A stretch of DNA of 64,000 bases from an uncultured Ruminococcus sp. (GTDB lineage Bacteria > Bacillota > Clostridia > Oscillospirales > CAG-272), in contig CAZUQN010000003.1 in assembly GCA_964622425.1 (NCBI GenBank), forward strand, positions 1,166-65,165, given 5' to 3'. The position numbers and the translations under genes are program-made. Each line of letters opens with the position of its first letter. The first letter of the stretch is position 1. Below the pieces are notes generated by a model. It was not told the DNA's origin. It worked only from the letters and a program-made list of their open reading frames with translations, and searched no databases. Shown in pieces: positions 40,140 through 48,315 of this stretch.

Positions 40140-40415
40140 TTACTTGATAACGGGAAGAAGCTTTTCAACGTCAGCGTGAGGTCTGGGAATTACGTGAGTT
40201 GCAATAACCTCGCCAAGAGAGTGAGCAGCAGCAGAGCCTGCCTCAACAGCAGCCTTAACAGCTCCTACGTCACCGCGTACCATAACGCTAACAAGACCGC
40301 TACCGATCTTTTCGCTACCGATAAGAACTACGTTCGCAGCCTTAACCATAGCATCTGCTGCCTCAATAGCAGCTACGAGACCTCTGGTCTCTACCATTCC
40401 GAGTGCTTCCATCAT
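40140..40415 (-). CDS. BMC-H shell protein (PduA/PduJ-like), paralog 2
   Basis: 91 aa. Differs from the 39475-39747 product at only 2 residues plus one extra Met. Confidence 0.9.
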   Translation of the reverse strand: MMEALGMVETRGLVAAIEAADAMVKAANVVLIGSEKIGSGLVSVMVRGDVGAVKAAVEAGSAAAHSLGEVIATHVIPRPHADVEKLLPVIK

Positions 40416-40445
40416 TTTGAAATCTCCTTTATAAAATTTTTGTTT

Positions 40446-40763
40446 TTATCTTAGTTTGTCTTTACCGAGAGCGGAAAGATGAGCAAACCACTCGATATCC
40501 TCACTCTGTCTTGCAATAATTTTGTGACAGATGTAAAGATCGCGCGCTTCAGCCTCTCTCTTACCCGCCATAACGGCTGCCTCAACAGCGGCGGCAGATC
40601 CCTCGACCTTGATGGCCATAACGAGAGGAACCTTTGCCGCGTCACCTGCCGCAGGCTTGTTCTTGTCTATGGCGACGACTTTGACGTCAGCCGCCTTTGC
40701 CATTGCGTCAGCGCATACTATCGCCGTTGCAAAGCCAAAAACCTCAATCATACCGAGTGCCAT
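40446..40763 (-). CDS. BMC-domain shell protein with a C-terminal extension
   Basis: 105 aa. MALGMIEVFGFATAIVCADAMAKAADV. Confidence 0.8.
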   Translation of the reverse strand: MALGMIEVFGFATAIVCADAMAKAADVKVVAIDKNKPAAGDAAKVPLVMAIKVEGSAAAVEAAVMAGKREAEARDLYICHKIIARQSEDIEWFAHLSALGKDKLR

Positions 40764-40774
40764 ATCAACACTCC

Positions 40775-41968
40775 TTAGTCAGCAACGTAGCAAATCTTGA
40801 TACCCTGCTGAGATACGTTCATCTCCATAGCCTCGTTGAGCTTGTCAAGAGGATAGGAGTGAGTGATGAGCTCCTTGATCGGAATATTCATCTCTCTTGC
40901 CTGGCGAAGGAAGGCCATGGTGGTGGGATAATCGTCAGCGCTGTAATCCCAGGAGCCGACGATGGAGATCTCCTTGTTACACATAGCGAAGTGGGGGTTA
41001 ACCGTGTACTCGCCGTTGTTAACGAAGAAGCCCATCTCACACATTCCGCCGCCGCGACGGATATATTCATAGATATCCTTTGCCGCCATGGGAGCGCCGG
41101 TGCACTGGAAGGCGAAGTCTACGCCTACGCCGTTTGCAACGCCCTTAACGATAGCGACTCTCTCCTCAAGCGAGGTGATCTCCTTGAAGCTGATGACGGT
41201 CTTTGCGCCAAGCTTCTTTGCCATCTCGAGTCTCTTGGGAGTTCCGTCGATAGCCACGATGTGGTTAACGCCTGCGGCGCGGAGAACGGATATCATAACA
41301 AGACCTACAGGGCCAAGTCCCTGAACGAGAACCTTGGAGTTGAAGTTGATAAGACCTGTGGTGTTTGCTCTCTTGAGAGCGTGAACGCAAACGCACGCAA
41401 GCTCGAGAAGCATTCTCTCCTGAAGGTCAAGATCGTTTACTACAAAGTAGGTCGAGCCCTTGCCTCTGATAAGAAGGTGGGTAGCGAACCAGCCGGTGAG
41501 GGGCTGAGCGTCGCTGTGAGGAATAAGTCCGAAAACGCCCTGCTTGTCGCAAAGGTTGGTGTTTGCGGGATGGTTACGGCAAACGTGACACTCGCCGCAG
41601 CTGATAACCGAGGTAACGATCTTGTCGCCTACCTTGATGGGCTTGCCCGCGGTGTCGGTCTTTACGTTCTTACCGAGAGCGATGATCTCACCTGTACCCT
41701 CGTGACCGAGAGTTACGGGAATAAGACCGAAGGGGTCGCCCTTCCACTCGTGAACGTCGGTGCCGCAAACGCCGCATCCCTCAACCTTAACGAGAATATC
41801 GTCGTCTTCGAGAGCGGGGATCGGGTATTCCTTAACTTCGATTTTCTTTTGAGCGGTAAGCATAGCGACCTTAGCGGTCTTGGGAATACCTGCAGATGCA
41901 GCCTTAGGTGCGGTCTCGCCAAGAATTCTTCTTACTATTGCTTCCACCTGCGAAGAAGTAATGTTCAT
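40775..41968 (-). CDS. zinc-dependent (MDR family) alcohol dehydrogenase with an N-terminal encapsulation-peptide-like helix
   Basis: The track ORF starts at a TTG. The ATG at 41968, after GGGAAAGG, is preferred. GCGVCGTDVHEW zinc motif and N-terminus SSQVEAIVRRILGE. Confidence 0.8.
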   Translation of the reverse strand: MNITSSQVEAIVRRILGETAPKAASAGIPKTAKVAMLTAQKKIEVKEYPIPALEDDDILVKVEGCGVCGTDVHEWKGDPFGLIPVTLGHEGTGEIIALGKNVKTDTAGKPIKVGDKIVTSVISCGECHVCRNHPANTNLCDKQGVFGLIPHSDAQPLTGWFATHLLIRGKGSTYFVVNDLDLQERMLLELACVCVHALKRANTTGLINFNSKVLVQGLGPVGLVMISVLRAAGVNHIVAIDGTPKRLEMAKKLGAKTVISFKEITSLEERVAIVKGVANGVGVDFAFQCTGAPMAAKDIYEYIRRGGGMCEMGFFVNNGEYTVNPHFAMCNKEISIVGSWDYSADDYPTTMAFLRQAREMNIPIKELITHSYPLDKLNEAMEMNVSQQGIKICYVAD

Positions 41969-42050
41969 TTTATTTACCTTTCCCGACAATCATATTACGT
42001 GTAAAGCTTTTTATAGCTATTATGTAATCTTTGGTTGTCGTTTTTCTATT

Positions 42051-43511
42051 TTAGATTATTCTGAAGCTCTCCGAGAGAACACAGCGGCGATATCTGGTAA
42101 AGCTTCTCGCGCTGGTGATACCCTCGCCGGTAGGTCCTGCGATGGTGAAGGTGGTGTGTCCCTCTCCTCCGAAGCCTATGCCCGCGTAGGAGGGCGCGTT
42201 CTTTACGAATATCGTGGTCTCAACAGCTCTTGCGAATCTGGTGAGGTGGTCAATGTTCTTCGAGTGCATATGAGCGGTGTGTCTGTTGCCGTGCTCTGCC
42301 TTAACCGCGAGGTCGATAGCCTCGTCGATATTCTTTACCCTTACTATGGGAAGAATAGGCATCATGAGCTCCTCCTGGACGAAGGGGTGATTAAAGTCGG
42401 TCTCACAGATGATGCAGCGTACCTCGTCGCCTACATGAATACCGATCTTTTCGAGAATGACCTTAGCGTCACGTCCTACGCACTCACGGCTGATGACCTT
42501 GGAGATAACTCCGGTCTTGGGATTCTTCTTATCCTCAAGAACAACGTCAACAAGTCTGTCTGCGGTAGCTCTGTCGATCTTGTAAGCGCCATTTGCTATC
42601 ATCGCGTCAATGAGCTCGTCTGCAATATTTGCGAAGGCGAATACCTCCTTCTCCGCGATGCAGGGGAGGTTGTTGTCAAAGGTACATCCGTCGATGATGT
42701 CCTTGCCCGCCTTACGTATATCCGCGGTATCGTCAACGATAACGGGGGGATTTCCCGCGCCCGCGCCGATAGCCTTCTTACCCGAGGAAAGAACGCTTCT
42801 TACAACTCCGGGGCCTCCCGTACAAACGAGAAGACGGATCGCGGGATGCTTATACATAATGCTTGCCGTGTCGAGGGTAGGCTTAACGACCGATGCTACA
42901 AGCACACGGGGGCCGCCTGCCGCCAGACTCGCGCGGTTGATAAGGTCTACCGCGTAGTTAGAGGTTGCGATCGCGCCGGGGTGAGGATTGAATACAACAC
43001 CGTTGCCCGCAGCGATCATACCGATACTGTTACAGATAACCGTCTCGGAGGGGTTGGTGGAGGGCGTGATGCTTCCCACAACTCCGAAGGGAGCCATCTC
43101 GGTGAGTGTAAGACCATAGTCGCCGGTCTTTGCCGTGGATACGATATCCGCAGTGCCGGGTGTCTTGTCCGCCACGAGAGTGTGCTTTGCGATCTTGTGC
43201 GCTACCCTGCCCATCTTGGTCTCGGCAACGCCGATCTCCGCCATAATGGGAGCTTCCTTTCTCGTAAGGTCGCGGATGACCGCAATGATCTTCTCACGCT
43301 CCTCGAGTGACATTGCTCTGATAGCCTTGTAGCCCTGAGTAGCCGCATCGATAGCATCGTTCATATCGGAATAAACGCCGACGAACTTTCTGCCCTCGTA
43401 GCCGGTCGCATCCCAAGTCTTTGCGGATGCGCTCACGGGATTTGCGTTAAGATTCTTAAGCACCGAGGCAACGACCTTTTCTATGTCGGCCTCTGTCCAA
43501 TTTATAGCCAC
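42051..43511 (-). CDS. pduP: CoA-acylating aldehyde dehydrogenase (PduP/EutE-like)
   Basis: 486 aa, GTG start after GGAG. Catalytic NNLPCIAEKE motif and an N-terminal amphipathic helix EADIEKVVASVLKNL. Confidence 0.85.
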   Translation of the reverse strand: MAINWTEADIEKVVASVLKNLNANPVSASAKTWDATGYEGRKFVGVYSDMNDAIDAATQGYKAIRAMSLEEREKIIAVIRDLTRKEAPIMAEIGVAETKMGRVAHKIAKHTLVADKTPGTADIVSTAKTGDYGLTLTEMAPFGVVGSITPSTNPSETVICNSIGMIAAGNGVVFNPHPGAIATSNYAVDLINRASLAAGGPRVLVASVVKPTLDTASIMYKHPAIRLLVCTGGPGVVRSVLSSGKKAIGAGAGNPPVIVDDTADIRKAGKDIIDGCTFDNNLPCIAEKEVFAFANIADELIDAMIANGAYKIDRATADRLVDVVLEDKKNPKTGVISKVISRECVGRDAKVILEKIGIHVGDEVRCIICETDFNHPFVQEELMMPILPIVRVKNIDEAIDLAVKAEHGNRHTAHMHSKNIDHLTRFARAVETTIFVKNAPSYAGIGFGGEGHTTFTIAGPTGEGITSARSFTRYRRCVLSESFRII

Positions 43512-43556
43512 TTTAGTTTTTCTCCTTTCTAAAGCTTTTCCTTATTTCAAAGAGAA

Positions 43557-44300
43557 TTACTTACCAAGAGCCTCAAGAACCTTGCGGGTGATGGTAGCAA
43601 CGAGCTCCTCGTTTGCGGGAGCGGGCTCCTCATCGTACTCGATGCCGGGGTGACGGCCGGGAAGGTTCATCTTCTTACGGAGATCCATGAGCTTAACAAG
43701 CTGATCGTTGGGGATCTCGTGAACTGCGCCGAGCTCCATAGCGTACTTACAGATCTTTGCGTTGAACTCAACCTCCTCCATAACAAAGCGAGCCTTGTTA
43801 AGGTTGCAGCCTACGGTAAGAGCACCGTGGTTCTGAAGAAGGAATGCGTCGTGATTCTGGATGTAAGGAAGAAGGGAGTCGGGAATCTCCATGGTGGAGG
43901 GAGTACCGTACTCACAGGTAGGAACGCTACCAATGGTAAGAACTGCCTCAGGGAGAATGTACTGGTCAAGGTCGATGCCTGCGATGGTGAAGGCGGTAGC
44001 TACGGGAGGATGAGCGTGAACAACTGCGTTTACGTCAGGTCTCTCCTGATACACTCTCATGTGCATCTTGATCTCGGAGGAGGGATTGAGTCTGCCCTCG
44101 AGCTTGTTACCGTTCTTGTCTACCTTGATGATCATGTCGGGAGTGAGGTCTCTCTTGGACACGCCTGTGGGAGTGCAGTAGAACTCATTCTCGCCAACCT
44201 TAACGGAAATGTTACCGTCGTTTGCTGCTACGAAGCCAAGCTCGTACATAATGTGACCGACTTCGCAGATTTCTTTCTTGATCTCATAAACAGATTTCAT
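43557..44300 (-). CDS. class II aldolase (fuculose/rhamnulose-1-phosphate aldolase-like) with a C-terminal encapsulation-peptide-like tail
   Basis: 247 aa. AVVHAHPP metal motif and a C-terminal extension EELVATITRKVLEALGK. Confidence 0.85.
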   Translation of the reverse strand: MKSVYEIKKEICEVGHIMYELGFVAANDGNISVKVGENEFYCTPTGVSKRDLTPDMIIKVDKNGNKLEGRLNPSSEIKMHMRVYQERPDVNAVVHAHPPVATAFTIAGIDLDQYILPEAVLTIGSVPTCEYGTPSTMEIPDSLLPYIQNHDAFLLQNHGALTVGCNLNKARFVMEEVEFNAKICKYAMELGAVHEIPNDQLVKLMDLRKKMNLPGRHPGIEYDEEPAPANEELVATITRKVLEALGK

Positions 44301-44350
44301 TTTTTCTTTTTCCTTTCGGTATATATAAATTACTTAGTTAACTGACTTGA

Positions 44351-45541
44351 TTACTTAGTTGCGAGCGCGAGGGTGTCAAGAGCGATCATATATTCCTCGT
44401 TGGTGGGAATAACGAAGGTTCTTACGCTTGCGCCGGGAGCGGTGATCTCGAGGATCTCGCCGCGAGGACCGTTCATATTGAGCTCCTCGTCGATCTTAAT
44501 GCCAAGATAGGACATATCGCGGCATACGTTCTGGCGCAGAGTCTTGTTGTTCTCGCCGATACCTGCGGTGAATACGAGCGCGTCAACGCCGTTCATCTCA
44601 GCAACGTAGGAGCCAATGATCTTCTTGATATTGTGGGTGAGGATCTCGTTTGTAAGAGCCGCTCTTCTGTTTCCTGCCTCAGCAGCCGCGTCGATATCTC
44701 TGCAGTCGCTGGATACGCCGGAAACGCCGAGAAGACCGGACTTGGAGTTAAGGAGCTTCTCAACCTCAGCAGGGGTGAGTCCTTCCTTCTTCATAATATA
44801 AGGAACAACGGTGGGGTCGATAGCGCCGCATCTGGTACCCATGGGCACGCCGTCGTTGGGAGTGAAGCCCATGGAGGTGTCAACTGCCTTGCCGTTTACG
44901 GTAGCGGTGATAGAGGAGCCGTTACCAAGGTGGCAGGTGATGATCTTCGCGTCCTTGTTGCCGATAAGCTTACACGCCTCAGCACATACGAATCTGTGAG
45001 AGGTGCCGTGGAAGCCGTAGCGGCGGATCTTATGCTTTTCGTAAAGCTCGTAAGGAAGGGGGTAAATGAATGCCTTCTCTTCCATAGAGGAATAGTAAGA
45101 GGTGTCGAATACACCAACGTGTACAACGTCGGGCATAACTGCCTTACAGCCCTTGAATCCGCTGATTGCAGGCGGACCGTGGAGGGGGTTGATCTCAACG
45201 ATGCTCTCAAGATATGCGAGCTTCTCGTCGTCGAGAATAGAGGACTGACGGATCTCTCCGCCGTGAGCAAATCTGTGGCCTACCGCGCCGATCTCGTCAG
45301 CACTTGCTACAACGCCGAGCTCAGGGTCGGTGAGAAGTGAGAGCACGAGCTCGATCGCAGCCTTGTGATCCTTAAGCTCGGTTTCACGGGAGTAGTCTTC
45401 CTTGCCGGGACGCTTGTGAGTGATCTTGCCGTCAATGCCGATTCTCTCGCAAAGGCCCTTAGCAAGCACCTCGCCCGTCTCCATATCAAAGAGCTGATAC
45501 TTAAGGGAGGACGAGCCTGCGTTTACAACTAAAATTTTCAT
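44351..45541 (-). CDS. ackA: acetate/propionate kinase
   Basis: 396 aa. MKILVVNAGSSSLKYQLF start. Confidence 0.9.
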   Translation of the reverse strand: MKILVVNAGSSSLKYQLFDMETGEVLAKGLCERIGIDGKITHKRPGKEDYSRETELKDHKAAIELVLSLLTDPELGVVASADEIGAVGHRFAHGGEIRQSSILDDEKLAYLESIVEINPLHGPPAISGFKGCKAVMPDVVHVGVFDTSYYSSMEEKAFIYPLPYELYEKHKIRRYGFHGTSHRFVCAEACKLIGNKDAKIITCHLGNGSSITATVNGKAVDTSMGFTPNDGVPMGTRCGAIDPTVVPYIMKKEGLTPAEVEKLLNSKSGLLGVSGVSSDCRDIDAAAEAGNRRAALTNEILTHNIKKIIGSYVAEMNGVDALVFTAGIGENNKTLRQNVCRDMSYLGIKIDEELNMNGPRGEILEITAPGASVRTFVIPTNEEYMIALDTLALATK

Positions 45542-45600
45542 TTTCGTTTCTCCTTGTGATATATATTAATTATTTTTTGTTTTCGCTGATGGTTATTTAG

Positions 45601-45740
45601 GTTGAGTTATGAGAGTGCTATCGCGCTCAACGTTATGGTATGATTGCCCATCAAACCTTAAACTTGGCGCCAGCCAATCATAACTACCCGAAGGGTATTT
45701 TAACTCATAACTTGCCCCACAGGGCAATCATAACTGCGAA
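45601..45740. repeat. mini-hairpin array with word TCATAAC (family copy 2 of 3)
   Basis: ttggcGCCAgccaa TCATAAC tacccGAAgggta ttttaac TCATAAC ttgcccCACAgggcaa TCATAAC. The left half carries GTTATGA. Shares the core tatgattgccc with the other two copies. Confidence 0.7.
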
Positions 45741-45743
45741 GCG

Positions 45744-46583
45744 TCAATCTACGATACGCTTCGCTTTTAGCTCCGCCTCCTCCTGCACTACCGCCTGCGC
45801 TCTCTCCGCATTCTCGTAAACGATCTTGTAGCAGAGTGCGTCGATAACGACGAGTCTCGCGAGGTGGGAATTCAGACCGAGGGTTGAGTGCCTCGTCTCC
45901 TCGGTATCGGTCAGGAGCACGATCTCCGACAGCCTTGCTATCGGTGACTTCTCGCGCGAGGTGATAGCTATCGTCCGCGCTCCGCGCGACCTCGCCACCT
46001 TCATCGACTCAACGATGTCCTTTGACGCGCCCGACTGCGATATGCCGATGACCGTGTCACCCGGCCTCAGCTGGGAGACCGCGATAGCCTGCATATGCGT
46101 ATCTGCATACGCCACAGAGTTACAACCTGCCCTGAGTAGCTTGTTGCTCGCCTCCGCCGCAACCTGCGCAGATGCGCCAAGTCCGATGAGCACTACCCTG
46201 CCCGCGCCCGCAATCGCCTTCACCGCGGCAGTCATAGCCTCGGGCGAGAGTGTCTTCTTCGTCCTCTCGAGCGACATGTAAGCGTCGTTGCAGACCTTCT
46301 CGAATATGCTGAAGCAGTCGTCCGACGCCGTGATGGTCGGAGCGATAACCTTCTTGTCGTGCTCTCTCGCCAGAGCGATCTTCAGATCCTGGTATCCCGA
46401 GCATCCGAGTCTCTTGGAGAATCGGACTATCGTTGCCTCGCTGCTCTCACACATGGAGGCAAGGTCTGTTATGGAATACGGAAGGATCTCTCCCGAGTGG
46501 GAGAATAACCAATCAGCGACTCTCTTCTCGGACTTGCCCATGTCATTGTACAAGAGCTGCGCCTGAAGTAGGGTCCTGTTCAA
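45744..46583 (-). CDS. MurR/RpiR family transcriptional regulator (HTH + SIS domain)
   Basis: 279 aa, TTG start 7 nt after AGGAGG. N-terminal HTH (SEKRVADWLF, TDLASMCESSEATIVRF) and a SIS domain. Confidence 0.85.
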   Translation of the reverse strand: MNRTLLQAQLLYNDMGKSEKRVADWLFSHSGEILPYSITDLASMCESSEATIVRFSKRLGCSGYQDLKIALAREHDKKVIAPTITASDDCFSIFEKVCNDAYMSLERTKKTLSPEAMTAAVKAIAGAGRVVLIGLGASAQVAAEASNKLLRAGCNSVAYADTHMQAIAVSQLRPGDTVIGISQSGASKDIVESMKVARSRGARTIAITSREKSPIARLSEIVLLTDTEETRHSTLGLNSHLARLVVIDALCYKIVYENAERAQAVVQEEAELKAKRIVD

Positions 46584-46617
46584 AATCTTGCCTCCTTTCG
46601 TGTTTTTTTGGCGTTTT

Positions 46618-46894
46618 TGAAAATAATTTTCATTTTTCTGTAATTTTTGTGAGGTTTATCTGAAAATTATGAAAATTGTTTCCAAATTTTATGAAAAATA
46701 CTTTCACAATTCCGATTTTAGCACAGAAATACCCCTTTGTCAATACGTTTTTTGAATATTTTTTATGCCAAGACGTGCGTTTAAATATTTTAAATATTTT
46801 ATATGAATTTCACAAAAAACCGCAAATTTTGAAAATAATTTTCATTTTTTCGCCATTTTTGAAATTTTCTTAATTTTTTTGAAAAAATCTTTCA
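46618..46894. promoter_or_regulatory. four TGAAA-N5-TTTCA palindromes in the rpiR/sipW divergent region (candidate operator array)
   Basis: Sites at 46618-46632 and 46830-46844 are both TGAAAATAATTTTCA, each inside an identical 24-mer. The other two are 46692-46706 (TGAAAAATACTTTCA) and 46880-46894 (TGAAAAAATCTTTCA). Confidence 0.35.
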
Positions 46895-46971
46895 TTTACA
46901 ATTTGTTCACAAATAAAGATAGCCGCCCAATCTTGAGAGCGGCTGAGTTTGGAAAACTTAAAATATTACTC

Positions 46972-47000
46972 TTGTAATCCGAGTTTAGTTATGTTATAAT
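46972..47000 (+). promoter_or_regulatory. candidate sigma-A promoter for sipW
   Basis: TTGTAA, a 17-nt spacer, then TATAAT, 31 nt before the ATG. Confidence 0.5.
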
Positions 47001-47031
47001 AGTAACAATAAAAATAAGAAGGGAGATCCCT

Positions 47032-47862
47032 ATGCCGAAATGGGCAAAAAAGGCGCTTGACGTGACCTCAACGGTAGCACTGATAATTTTCATAGTTTTC
47101 GTAATACTGCTCCTTGGAGTCAGAGTGTTCGGCATAGAGCCGCACATAGTGCTCTCCGGCTCGATGGAGCCCGAAATACTGACCGGCTCGATGGTCTACG
47201 TTGACAAGCTCACCCCCGAGGAGGCCGCAAGCCTTCAACCCGGCGACACCGTCACCTACCAAGTCGACCAAAGAGGCACCAAGGTAACGCATAAGATATA
47301 TAACGTGGTCGGTAAAATACCGATCTACGATACCGATGAAAACGGCAATCAGAAGCTCGACGAAAGCGGCAACCCCATCATAAAGGAGTACGCCAAGGAT
47401 GCCGAGGGCAACGAGATAGTGATGTATACCACATACGGCGTGAACAACGTCAAGGACGGTAATATTGAGCTCGCGCTCGACGGTGATCCTGAGATCGGCA
47501 ACCTCGCCTCGTCAAACGTTATCGGCAAGGCTAAGTTCTCTATTCCCTTCCTCGGCTACATCGCGCACTTCGTGCAGAACCCGCCCGGCAAGTATCTCGT
47601 GCTCATCGGCTGCGTGATGCTGATATTTATGACCTTCTTTGCAAACGGACCGGCAGACAATGCGGCGGAGCCGCAGCCTGTAGGGACCGGCGTCCTCGAC
47701 GGTCCGTCCGAAATGCAAAATGCAGAATGCAAAATGCAAAATGAGGAGAGCGAGAGTACGCAAGAGATGAAACCCGTAGGGGACGGCGGTCTTGACGGTC
47801 CGTCTGAACCTCAAAGCGAAAGCGAAGATGCGCCCTCCGAAACCGCAGAAAATGACAACTAA
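47032..47862 (+). CDS. sipW: SipW-type (ER/archaeal-type) signal peptidase I with an unusual ~70-aa C-terminal tail
   Basis: 276 aa. N-terminal TM segment, catalytic SGSMEP motif and a second TM near residue 190. The tail is encoded by repeat-like DNA. Confidence 0.85.
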   Translation: MPKWAKKALDVTSTVALIIFIVFVILLLGVRVFGIEPHIVLSGSMEPEILTGSMVYVDKLTPEEAASLQPGDTVTYQVDQRGTKVTHKIYNVVGKIPIYDTDENGNQKLDESGNPIIKEYAKDAEGNEIVMYTTYGVNNVKDGNIELALDGDPEIGNLASSNVIGKAKFSIPFLGYIAHFVQNPPGKYLVLIGCVMLIFMTFFANGPADNAAEPQPVGTGVLDGPSEMQNAECKMQNEESESTQEMKPVGDGGLDGPSEPQSESEDAPSETAENDN

Positions 47863-47906
47863 TATTGTCAATAAATTAAATTATAGCATCATAATGAATA
47901 TAAAAA

Positions 47907-47940
47907 AGAGCCTTCTCATTTTCGAGAAGGCTCTTTTGTG
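47907..47940 (+). terminator. rho-independent terminator of sipW
   Basis: AGAGCCTTCTCattttcGAGAAGGCTCT followed by TTTTG, with an A-run upstream. Confidence 0.7.
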
Positions 47941-48189
47941 TGCCTTCCCTTGTGAGGCAACGAAGTGGCGTTTCGGTAGTGAATTGCATTGATAATGCAA
48001 GAGCCGAAACGTGACCGAGCCGAAGCGAGACAGGGGGACCATTTATGGTGGATGAGTAGTTACAGCGCATGCTTATTTCAACGTAGACATTTTAACTCCT
48101 CATCCGTCATACTCAATCAAGATTTCGTATGCCACCTTCTCCAACAGGAGAAGGCTCTCTTGATTATCAACTTTCAATTTTCAACTTTC

Positions 48190-48295
48190 AATTATCCACT
48201 CACGTTCGTGAGTGATGATATACAACGCGAAGCGTTGATGATATACGTTCACTCCTCGTGAGCGATGATATGCTCGACTTCGTCGAGATACTTGG
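48190..48295. repeat. mini-hairpin array with word ATGATATA
   Basis: cactcacGTTCgtgagtg ATGATATA caacgcGAAgcgttg ATGATATA cgttcacTCCTCgtgagcg ATGATAT gctcgacTTCgtcgag. Confidence 0.65.
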
Positions 48296-48315
48296 CGATT
48301 GCCGCGATTCGATTA

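Noticed and set aside
47989-48261. Short ORFs in repeat regions encoding peptides such as GDHLWWM, PSPKGKG and PSLTREGR: 47989-48261, 48393-48686, 51515-51842, 58903-59238, 59697-59933, 59978-60169, 63004-63410.
   Set aside because: The conserved 'peptide' is a translation of the structured DNA repeat. The repeat occurs in both orientations and in different frames, with stem covariation that makes sense for nucleic-acid pairing and not for protein.
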